DNA of 64,000 nucleotides from an uncultured Planctomycetota bacterium (GTDB lineage Bacteria; Planctomycetota; Planctomycetia; Gemmatales; Gemmataceae): NCBI GenBank assembly GCA_963849325.1, contig CAWKHF010000005.1, positions 320,001 to 384,000 of the forward strand, read 5' to 3'. Shown piece by piece: positions 23,480 to 34,316 of this stretch (position 1 is its first letter; each line of letters starts with the position of its first letter). The notes under the pieces were generated by a model. It saw only the letters and a program-made list of their open reading frames with translations, ran no database searches and was not told where the DNA came from. The position numbers and the translations under genes were made by a program.

Positions 23480-26400
23480 TCAGGAGGAGCCAGGATGTCT
23501 GGCGTGCGGCGTCGTCGTCGGTGTCGGCGTCGGAGTGGGCGTGGGTGTCGGCGTCGGAGTAGGGGTCGGTGTCGGCGTTGGGGTTGGGGTAGGCGTGGGT
23601 GTCGGCGTCGGAGTAGGGGTCGGTGTCGGCGTCGGGGTGCCGGGATGATTGCTCTGCAGGTGAAGGGTGGTCGTGGCCTGGGCGGCGCTCGGCGTCGGCT
23701 GTTGCAGGCCGAGCGGATCGAGGGCCACGCTGTAGAAGCGATAGGTGTGGCCATTCTGACCGGAGTAGGTCGCGGACGTGGCGGTGGTGTTCATCAGCCA
23801 GGGCGTGAAGGCGCCGCCGTCGTCGGAGACGTAGATGGTGTACGAGGCGATGCCGGGACCGTTGGCATCGCTGCCCGACCAGCTGACGCCGAACTTCGAC
23901 GAGTTCTCCGTGGACGGCAGCGGATTGACGTTGCTCGTCGGCGGACTGACGTCGAGGGTGTTGACGACGGTCTGGGTCGCCAGCGCCGCGTTGGTGTCGA
24001 AGACGACCGACGCTTGGCCGCTGATGGCAACGCCGCCGGCCAGGCCGGGCTTGGGCTGCACGGTGTACTGCACGTAGCCCTCGCCGACGCCGCTGCTGTT
24101 GTCCGGCGGCAGGAAACCGTCGAAGACGCCGGTCGGCGCCTGGCCGGTCAGCGGATCGAGCGAGGTGAAGGTGACGCTCAACAGGCCCGTCTGCACGTTG
24201 AAATTGAGACTGACTTGCACGTTCAGCGACGTGCCGTCCGTGTTCTGGTAGCTGACGGTGGTCTGGTACTGCGTCAGTCCGGCGGGGATGGCGACGTTGA
24301 CCGAGCCGAAGCCGAACGAGCCGAGCTGGAACGTGGACCAGTTCAGGTTCGGATCGAGCTGCTGGGTGACGGTGACGACCTGGGCGGCGGCGCTGCCGTC
24401 GTTCTCGAAGTCGATGGTGTAGGGCAGAGTGCCGGCCGGCAGCAGGAAGCCTTGCGCTCCGTAGCCGGCGGGGCCGATGAGGGCGTTGGGATCGTGGGAG
24501 GTTTCGTTGTCGGAGTCTCCGCTCGTACTCGGTTCGCTCGGCCACAACGGTAGGTTCCCGAGAACGCTAGCGTTGAAGCCGGGCACTTTGAAACCAACGC
24601 CGGCACTGACACTGGTGGAGGAGTCGCTACCGAAAAAGGATTTGTGGGCTGTGATGCCAAAGATGGACCATCCTATGGTCCCACTAAAATCGGTTGACAC
24701 ACCAGCGGAAGTGTCGTCGGATGAAATGGAGTAGATCGTAAAGCCTGGCGTGGTTGCGCAAGTCCCAACGTCAGGAAAACGCCTCCATTGTTGTTGACCG
24801 TGAATCCAATCGTGCCGCCGATGATCGCGCCCCCGGAAAATCCGAAGAATTGCGATACTAACCCTGTCGGATCGATAAGGCCGATTGGGTTGTTTCCGAC
24901 GTATCGCCGGATATTCGTGTCACCTCCCGCCAGACCCGTCGGATCATTGCTCAAGAACTGCCCCGTGGCAGGTGTGTAGTCTCGCGCCCGCATGTAGAAC
25001 AGATTCAAGCCAATCTGCATCACACTGAATTGCCCGGCGAACGTAAACGAGTTCGGTAACGCCGCCGAAAGCGTTGTCGTCTCGCCGAATGGCAGGTAGG
25101 TGTACTGGTTGACGTAGGCACCGTTGGCGCCGGTGATGCCGACGGTGTTGCCGCTGGCGTCGAAGTCGTAGTAGCCGGTGCCGCTGGGTCCGCTCTGGCT
25201 GACCAGGCCGAGTCCGTAGGTGTAGTTGGCGATCAGCCCACCGCTGCCGTTGTAAGCGCCACGACGTTGCCCAGGCCGGTCGGATCGACCAGGTAGTTCG
25301 TCTGGCTGGTGGTGTCTCCGCTCGTCGTGGACGTGCTCACCAGGAAACCGAGCGGGCTGTACTGGAAGGTCGTCGTGCTGCCGTCCGGCGACGCGATCGA
25401 TACCAGCTGGTTGAGGTCGTTGTAGGTGTACGTGGTGGTGCCGCCGGCATCGGTGGCGGTGTGCAGATTGCCGTTGGCGTCGTAGGTGTAGGTGGTCGAG
25501 CCGGCTTGCGTGATCTCGTTGTCGGCGTTGCTGGCATAGCTGGTGGGCACGCCGTTGGTCAGTACCTCGGTACGGTCGCCAGCTGCATTGTAGACGTAGG
25601 TGATGCTCGTGCCGTCGGGCAGCGTCACCGAGGTCAGCTGGCCGATGGCATCGTAGCCGTACTTGGTGACGTTGCCGGCGGCGTCGGTCACCGAGGTCTG
25701 CTCGTCCAGCGTGTTATAGGTGTAGGCGAACGACGAGTTGACCGTGGTGCCGCTCGAATTGGCGTAGTTGATCTCGCTGGTCAGGTTGCCGGCGGCGTCG
25801 TAGGCGTAGGTCGTATAGGTGCCGTTACCGTTGGCCTTCTCAACCAATTGGCCGAGGTTGTTGTAAGTGTATTGGACGATGAGGTTGTCCGAGCCGTCGG
25901 TCAGCTTGGACAGCCGGCCCAGCGGATCGTAGGCGTAGTTGACGGTGTAGCCGCTCTGGTCCACGCTCTGGGTGCGCTGGCCCGCGGCGTTGTAGGTGAA
26001 GTTCAGGTACTGGCCGTTGGGATAGGTGATGGACAGCAGCTCGTTGGCGGCGTTGTAGGTCAGGGTGGTGGTGCCGGTGAGCGTGCCGCCGGCGTCATAG
26101 GTGTTCGCGGTCAGCAGGTTGCCGTGGGCGTCGTAGGTGTAGCTCTGCGACGAGCCGTCGGCGAAAGTGGACTGGGTGACGAGACCCTGGGCGTTGTACT
26201 GGTTGGCGACCGGGTCGCCGTTCTGCTCGATGGTCTCGCTGAGGTTGCCGAGCGGGTCGTAGGTGAACGACTGCTGCGTGCCGTCGGGATAGGCGATGCG
26301 GAGCAGGTTGCCGGCGGAGCTGTAGCTGTACTGCGTCCTGTTGCCGGCGGCGTCCGTCAGCGAGGTCAGCGTGCTCAGCGGGCCGTAGGTCATTTGCGTG

Positions 26401-29400
26401 GTCTGGCCGAGCGGGTTGACGATCTGCGTCAGGTTGCCGTTGGTGTCATAGCTGTATTGGTAGGTGTCGCCGGCCGCGTCGGTGGAGCCGATCAGGTTGC
26501 CGTTGGTGTTGTAGGCGTAGCTCGAAATGCCGCCTAACGGCGACTCGATGCGCGATGCCAAGCCGAGATCGTTGTACCAGACGGTGGTTTGGGCGCCAGC
26601 GGCATCGGTGGCTGTGACCTCGGCCTCGTCCGGGTAGGTGTACATGATCGGGTTGGCCCCGCCGTTCTGGCTGGTGCCGGTGAGCCGGCCGGTAGCGGGG
26701 TCGTAAGTGTAGTTCTCCTGCGAGCCATCGGGGTTGGTGAGGGACAGCAGGGCGTTGGTCGTCTCGGGGTTGCTGCCGGTGTCGTAGGCGTACGAGGTGG
26801 TCAGGCCGCCGGGTCCGGCCACGGACAGCAGATGACCGGCCGCGTCGTAGCTGTACGTCCAGGTGTTGCCGGTGCCGTCGGCAACCTGGGACACGAAGCC
26901 CTGACCGTTGTAGGCCAGTGTCAGCTGCTCGATCGGCTCCGAGGAGTCGGCCGGGTTGGAATAGGTCAGACTGACGAGCTGGTTCTGGGCGTTGTAGCCC
27001 AGGGTGATGCGGTTGCCGTTGGTGTCCTGCTCGTAGTTCAGGTTGCCGTTGGCCAGGAAGACGTACTGGGTGCCGGAGGAGTCGGTGTAGGTGTAGACAC
27101 CGCTGGACTGGGTGAGCGTGCCGTATTCGCCGTCGGTGTCCAGGTAAGTGCCGTTGGGCTGGGCGACGAAATACATCAGGTCGCCGCCCGAGTTGATGGT
27201 CACGTTGCCGGAGCTCTCGACGCTGAGCGCGGTTTGCCAGGAGGTCGTCCAGCCCAGACCGAAGATGCCGGGCGTGTAGCGGCTGGAGATGGTGGATTGG
27301 AAAGTCCGGTCAATGCCCAGCGACAGGCTGCCCGGCGCCGGCAACGAGGCATCGACGGCGGAGGTCAGCGTCGAGGTCGGGAAAGAGGCGTCGGCCTGGG
27401 ATACCAGGAACGACCAGAGAAGGTTGACGTCGCTGACCTCGGCCGTGGTCTCACCGAGGTTGCCAAGGTACGTGGCGGTCTGCGCCAGGGCGGCGTTGTA
27501 CGAACCAGTGGTGATGCCGAGCGTGGTAAGCAGGTTGTCGAAAATGACGTTCCAGGCCGCGGTCGGGATGGTGCTGGGTTTCAGAGCTGTATATTGCGAG
27601 GCCCAGTCGATGGTCTGACCGCCTTCGATCTGGCTCACTTGCACCGGCACCTTATCGCCATCCACGGTATCATCGGAAAGGAGGGTCAGGGTGAGCGTGC
27701 CGCTCTGGCCGGGCGCAGGATGCCCGCCGGGCCGTTCGGGGCCACGGCCAGCACCTGGGCCATCTGCACGAAGTGGTTCGGGTCGTCCGGCGTGCTGAAA
27801 TAGACGTTGGGGTTGGTGGACGCGATGCTCAACAGGGGGGCATCGAGGTCCATGTTGGATACGTTCGTGTAGGTGAGGACGATGGTGCCGGTCCGCCCGG
27901 AGCGGACGAATTGCGGCAAGCCAAGAGTGATGTACAGCCCATACTCACTGTTCGCTTGGGCGCCGGTCGCTTGAGGGAGCACTACCTGGAACTTGGTCGG
28001 CGCCGTCGCCGACTCGGCGCCTTGCTGAACGCTCAGGGTGTAGTTGCCAACCGTCGCCTCCGATAGACCTAGATTGAAGGTGGCGAACAACTGGCTGCCA
28101 CTCACGAAGTCGATCGCCGAGGCGTTAATCGTGGTTTTGCCCAGGGTCAGGCTGGCCGTGGTCTGCGGCGTGAAGTTGGCGCCGTCGATCTCGATGGTGA
28201 CATTGCTGGCGTTGCCGCCGGAGTACGGCGAGATGCCGGACACACTCAGGGCGCTGGTCTGGGTGACGGTCAGGGTATAGCCGGCCGTGGCGGCGGCCCC
28301 GGAAACGCTGTGGACCAGGATGTAGTAAGTGCCGGCCGCCGACACCGGTACGTTCAGGGATTGGTTCGGCTGGCCGGCGAGGTTGGCCGCTTCCTGGTAG
28401 CTGTACGGCGTCGGCAGCGTCCCCTGGCTGACGTACAGGGCCAGAGCGCCGGACGAGGCGGCGCTGGTCAGCGCCAGTTGCAGCGAACCGCCGGCCGGCA
28501 CGGTCACCTGGTAGAACTGATCCTGGTCGGCGGCCGCGAACGTCGCGCTGGCGGGCGTGCCGAGCGTCAGGGCGGGGACGGACACGGCGAGTTGGCCGGT
28601 GCTGGCGGCCAACGTGTTGTTGGTCCGGTTGGAGTCGGGCACCTGGTAGAGGCTGTCGGCCTGCACCAGGACGTAGTAATGGCCCGGCGGCAGGGCCGGC
28701 ACGGCCGCAGTCAGGCTGCCGTTGTATGAGCCGCCCGCGGCCAGACCGCCGCTGTGTGTCACGCTGCCCAACAGGATCGAGCTGGACGTAATCGCCAGCG
28801 TGGCGGAGAGGTAAACGCTGTCCTGCCAGCTGCCGCTGGCGGCGTTGCCGCCGGGATCGCTCACCGTCCAGTTGACCGCGATGGGCTGTCCCGTCGTCGC
28901 CGTGGTGGGGGCCGTGACGCTGGTGACGCCGAGGTCCACCGCGTTCGCGGAGCCGGTCGTCAAGTCCAGGCTCGTGGAGTTGGACTGCTCGGTGAAGTAC
29001 GGACTCAAGCCGGTGAACGTCGTGAAGGCGCCGCTGGCGCTGGCGAAGGTCATCACCGGGTAGCTCTGGCCGCTGCCGGGAGTGAAGCCGTTGACCAGGC
29101 TGAGGTTGAAGTTGCCGGCCAGGTTGGCCGCGTCCTGGACGGCAACTTGGCCGAACTGGCCGCTGGCCGGCGTGCCGCCGATCTGGACGTTGAGCGCGCC
29201 GGCGGCGGTCTGGGTGTAATTGCCGGCGACGGTGAACGTGCTGCCGGCGCCGACGGTCAGGCTGTCGCTGTTGCTGGAGTCGCCGGCGGTAGTGAAGTCG
29301 GCGCCGCCCGTCACGCTGAAATTGCCGCTGTTGGAGGTCAGCCCGGCGAGGGCCGTGATGTTCGCTCCGCTGCCGCCGAGAGAGACGTTGGCCGCGTTGC

Positions 29401-32170
29401 TGGTGATGTTCGTGCCGCTGGGAAACTGGAGCGAGGCACCGTTCATCGCGTTCCAGGTGCCGGCGGTCAGCGTGTTGCCGGCCACCTGGCTGATGCTGTT
29501 GGCATCGAGGAAGAGGGTGCCGGAGTCGGCCTCGATGGTGCCGGTGCTGCTGATGTACCCTTGGCTTGGGACATACAAAGTCGAGGTGCCGGTCCCCGCG
29601 GTCTTGCGAATTGTACCGGCGTTGATGATGACGTTATCACCTAGGCCCGCGTTGTTTATGCCCGAATCCGATTCAAACAGATACACGCCGCCTGCTTCAT
29701 TGTCCAGCGTCGTGGGTGAAACATTGTCGCTGTGCAGGTCGAAATTGCCGCTGCCAGTTTGGATGATGGTGCCGTAGTTTTTAAGCGTGCCATCGGCGTA
29801 GATTTGCTTATCATTCGACCCGCCGAGGTTGATCGTTCCCTGATTCGTCACATCTCCCACCGAGGCTTCGATGGCGCCGCCGGTCCACTGAAACATGCTG
29901 CCGGGGAAATTCAACGTCACCCCGCCTCCGCTTGCTGGATAGAGCGTGCCGCTGCTGAACACAACGCTGCCGGCGCCGGAGCCGGTGAGAGTGCCGCCGT
30001 AAGTGGTGGTTTGTCCGCCGGTGAGATCGACGGACGCTCCCTGGCCGAGGTTGAAGGTGGTGGTGCCGAGGTACGTCCCGCCCGCCAAGACAACGGTTGT
30101 CCCCGCGCCGACGTTGATGGTCGTGTTGGTCAAGGTGCCGGAGTTCTGGAGGGTAACGGTCAGCTCCTGGGACGAAGGCACGTTGATGGTGGCACCGGAA
30201 GTCCCGTCGGCGGGCAAGCTGATCTCGGTGCCCTGGACGGTAACGCTCGTTCCATTGGTTAACCTGAGGTTGCCTTGCGTGAGCACGGGAAAGTTCAGCG
30301 CGGCGCCGCCACTGAGATAAAGATTCGAGTTGGCGAAATCGATCAGGTTCGGCAGCGTCACTGTACCGCCCGTGACCGATAGGCTGGCATTGGTGAACGT
30401 GGTCCAGGAGTTGGCCACCGAATTGTCCGTGCCGTCCAGTGTGACATTGACGCCGTCCAGCGTGGTGAGATTGCTGTTGAGCAGGAGCGTGCTGTTGCCG
30501 GTGTCGGTGATGGTGAGGAAGGCGAGGGGTGGGCTGTCGCTGCCGAGGCTGGTCAAGCCGGTCAGCTTGACTTCGCCGCCGTTGCTCAGCGTGATGCTGG
30601 AGTTCAGGCCGGTGAGACTGGTCAGGGCCGATAGATCGATGGTGCTGCCGCCGCCGTCCGCGGTGAGGGAGATGCCCTGGGGGCCGTCCAGGCTGGTCAT
30701 CCCGGACAGCTTGACCTCGCCGCCGTTGAAGGCGTTGACTATCCACTTACTCTGCTGGGTCAGGCTGGTCAGGGCCGACACGTCCAGCACGCTGCCGGTG
30801 CCGTCGGCCTGGAAGGTGGTGAAGGTGGAGGCATAGCTGGTCAATCCCGGCAGGGCCAAGCTGCCGCCATTGGATACGAATAGGTTGGAGCCATCGACGT
30901 CGGTCAGGCCGGCCAGGCTGTACGAACCGCCCGTCACATACAGGTAGCCGTTGGTGAACGTGGTCCAGGAGTTGGCCACCGACTTGTCCGTGCCGTCCAG
31001 CGTGACGTTTACGCCGTCCAGCGTGGTAAGGTTGCTGTTCAGCAGCAGAGTGCTGTTGCCGGTGTCGGTGAGGAAGAGGTCTCCGTTGCTGCCGAGGTTG
31101 GTCAGTCCGGTCAGGTTGACCTCGCCGCCGTTGGTGGCCTCGACGCTCCAGGCGCTCTCTGTCTGCGTCAGGTTGGTCAGTTTCGACACGTCCAGCACGC
31201 TGCCGGCGCCGTCGGCCTGGAAGGTGCTGTTGCCGCCGTTGTCGGCGTCAAAGCGAATTAGCCCCGGCAGGGCCAAGCTGCCGCCATTGGATACGAATAG
31301 GTTGGAGCTATCGACGTCGGTTAGGCCGGCCAGGCTGTACGAGCCACCCGTCACATACAGGTAGCCGTTGGTGAACGTGGTCCAGGAGTTGGCCACCGAC
31401 TTGTCCGTGCCGTCCAGCGTGACGTTTACGCCGTCCAGCGTGGTAAGGTTGCTGTCCAGCACAGTGCTGTTACCGGTGTCGGTGAGGTAGACGACCTGGG
31501 GGGCGCTGCCGAGGTTGGTCAGTCCGGTCAGGTTGACCTCGCCGCCGTTGGTGGCGTTGACGACCCAGGGATTCTGCAGGGTCAGGCTGGTCAGGGCCGA
31601 CACATCCAGCACGCTGCCGGTGCCGTCGGCCTGGAAAGTGTCGTAGTTGGAGTTGGAGATGTAGCTTGTCAGCTGAGGGAGGCTTAGGTCCGCTCCGCCC
31701 TCCGCAGTCAAGTTGGCCCCGGAAATGTCGGTGCTGCCGTTGGCCGTCAGGTTCACTCCCGAGCCGGAGGCGGTCAGCGAGCCGAACGTCATCGACAGGG
31801 CGCCGCTCAACGTCGAGTTCCCGCTGGTAACCGTCAACGAACCGGCCGCGATCGAGAGCGTGTCGTTGCTGCCGGTAGTCAGACCTTGCACCTGGATGTT
31901 GTCGCCGGAGTTAATGGTGATGGTGGCGGCGCCGGTCGTGTTGATGACGGCGGTATCGCCGGTGCCGGGAGCCTGCCCACTACTCCAGTTGGAGCCTACA
32001 TCCCAGTTGCCGCCGTTGGGGTTGATCCACATGTCCGCGGAGAGCAAGGTGCGGTCTTCGAGCCTCTCTAAGCGCAGCGGCAAACGACGGACGAATCCGC
32101 GGCGTTTCACGACCGGGCGAGACGGGCGGCCCTTTTTACTACGCCGGAAAAACCACCGCAAGAAGAACAT
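23480..32170 (-). CDS. Giant RHS/YD-repeat protein F (~2900 aa; frameshifts near 27710, 25255, 24757)
   Basis: LRLERLEDRTLLS leader; beta-solenoid repeats; CARDB/PPC/IPT-like Ig domains; YD repeats; RHS core YMRARDY.PATGQFLSNDP...YVGNNP..LIDPTGL; then HDPNALIGP module, FN3-like domain, PT linker, [10 protein letters not shown]. Confidence 0.85.
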
Positions 32171-32479
32171 GGCAGCCCTCGTCGTTGAGTATCCGCGTGC
32201 GAAAACAACACCGCGAATGCGGTCGCGTCCGCGTCCCGAGACAGTCCGCACTCGGGACGCGGACTCGAGAGCAAGCTCGCTATACTGTGAATTCCTCCTA
32301 CTTTGTAGCTTCACTTTTTTGTCGTCAAGAGAAAATTAATTTGCGGAAATTAATTTATCGTAAGGTTGTGTCCCTGGCGTCAAAAAACTCTGGTATACGG
32401 CGTATTCTCATGTCCTTCCGAGCGGCGATTGGTTTCGATTTCCGTCCCAGCGAATGGTCGCGTGGTTAGGGAGGCGAGG

Positions 32480-32975
32480 ATGCCGGAAGATTCCGCGGAG
32501 TTGCTCCAGCGTTGGCAGGCGGGCGATCAATCGGCGGCGGCGACGCTGTTTCGTCGCTATTTCGAGCGGCTGCGCGCCCTGGCCGGCACACGGCTGTGCG
32601 AGCGGATGGCGGCGCGAGTGGATGCCGACGACGTGGTGCAATCGGTCTTCAGCGTTTTTTTCCACAACGCACGGGACGGCCAAGCGTTCGCTTACCCGCG
32701 AAGAGCTACCGCTGCCGTTGCGCGACGTGGTGGACGATGAAGATCTGTGGCTGACGAGCGAGCCGGCTCCTGAAGAGGCGGCCATCCTGGCCGACGAAGT
32801 GCAGCGATTGCTGCGGCCGCTCAACGGAGGACAGCGCCGCATGGTCGAGCTGCGGCTGCAAGGCTTCACGTTTGAGGAAATCGCCGACCAGGTCGGCCGC
32901 GACGAACGCACGGTGCGCCGAATCCTGGATCAGGTCAAACTCCAACTCGAAGAGCGCATGAGCGAGCAGGCATGA
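32480..32975 (+). pseudogene. ECF sigma factor with an out-of-frame internal deletion
   Basis: Frame 1 LLQRWQAGDQSAAATLFRRY...DADDVVQSVF; frame 2 PEEAAILADE...LRLQGFTFEEIADQVGRDERTVRR; the rest of region 2 appears missing at 32676-32682. Confidence 0.7.
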
Positions 32976-32984
32976 TCGGCGGCC

Positions 32985-33697
32985 TCAGGCGCTCTTCTCG
33001 TCCAGCAGCGCGGCCAGCTGCCGCACCTTGCCCTCGTCGATCACTGCCCCGCGCCGTCGTCCCTGACAAACCGCGCCGCGCACGGCGAACCAGTCGGGAG
33101 CCAACGGCCGCAGCGTGCGCATCTCGATTGGCCCCAGTGATCCCGCCAGGGCGATCGGCACTCCCGCGACACGGCAGCGCTCACGCAGACGCTCGGCCTC
33201 GCCCACCGGCAGCCAGTCGAGCAGCGTCGATCCGTCCTTCTCCCAGGTATCGAGCAAGAACGCCCCGAGTTGATGCTGGACGGCGAAAGCGCAGACATCC
33301 TCCGGCGCAGCGCCTGCGCCCTTCGCCAATCGGCGTAGGCCACCGCCACGGCTTGGCAATGGGGTTGGTGCTCCGCCAGGGCACGCATCGCCCCATGTAA
33401 CTCCGAGGGCCAGGCGGCTTCCGCGTCCCCTGCGTATCGAGCCAGTCCCCATTTGACGTAGGCGAGAGACAGTTCGGAAGGCGGCGGATCGTCGAACCAC
33501 GTGTCGATCAGTTCGCCGAGGGCGGCACTGACCGGGCACCGTCCCGCCACGGCAGCCACCACCTCCGCGATCGTGCGATTACTCGCCCGGCCGAGCGCGC
33601 CGTGCGCCGGCTCTTTCACGTCGATCACCGAAGCGCCGCCGCGCAGGGCCGTCTCCGCTTCCGCCGCCGAACGAACGCTGACCAGCAGCCGCGTCAT
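32985..33697 (-). CDS. mfnB: (5-formylfuran-3-yl)methyl phosphate synthase, MfnB/DUF556 (frameshift near 33315)
   Basis: LLVSVRS..EA..A..GGA.VIDVKEP.HGALG, VSAALGEL, YVK.GL, VAVAYAD, LLDTWEKDG, ALAGSL, AVRGAVC. Confidence 0.85.
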
Positions 33698-34113
33698 TCG
33701 CCCGTCACTCCTTCCTCTTCCACCCGAAAAAAGCGCATCCAGCCTGGATAGCGGCGAAAGGGCAGCGGCGTCAGGTTGGCGAAGATGAAGCCGTACAACT
33801 GCGGCGGCTCGAACCACGACGGATCGTTGAGATGACGGGCTTGGTCGGCGCGGAACTCCTCCACGGTTCGATACGTCCGGCAGTCCGTGATGTCGCCGGC
33901 GCCGACGATGCCGCCGAGCAGCTGGGCGGTCTCCAGCAGTTCGGGCGGGACGTGCCCCCACGCCTCGGGCCGTTCGTCCGGCACGCGGGCAGCGTGGATG
34001 AGGATGCGGCCGCGCCGCGCCGTCGGCCAGCGCCGCACCTCGATCGTCTTGAGACCCTGCACCAGCAGGGCGGCCCACGGCTGCTTCAAGGACAGGGCGT
34101 ATTGCGTCGCCAC
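33694..34113 (-). CDS. ASCH domain protein
   Basis: ALSLKQPWAALLVQGLKTIEVRRWPT.RRG.ILIHAA; ATGA overlap with mfnB. Confidence 0.85.
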   Translation of the reverse strand: MATQYALSLKQPWAALLVQGLKTIEVRRWPTARRGRILIHAARVPDERPEAWGHVPPELLETAQLLGGIVGAGDITDCRTYRTVEEFRADQARHLNDPSWFEPPQLYGFIFANLTPLPFRRYPGWMRFFRVEEEGVTGE

Positions 34114-34163
34114 GATTCAGCTCCGGCAGGAAAATCGGGATGTTGCGATTGTACCGAGAAAGT

Positions 34164-34203
34164 CGCTTGCGGCTTAGCGATCTTTCCCGCTAAGCCGCAA
34201 GCG
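34164..34203. repeat. REP-like palindrome (CGCTTGCGGCTTAGCG...)
   Basis: 16-bp perfect inverted repeat between divergent genes. Confidence 0.7.
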
Positions 34204-34316
34204 GCTGTTTCGATTTGCGGCTGCGCACGGAGCGAGCTATGGTTGCTGGCAGACCATCGGCTCGACGGCGGCCCCTGCGCCGTCCGCCCACCCCTGGGCC
34301 AACGGCGAGAGTGTTC

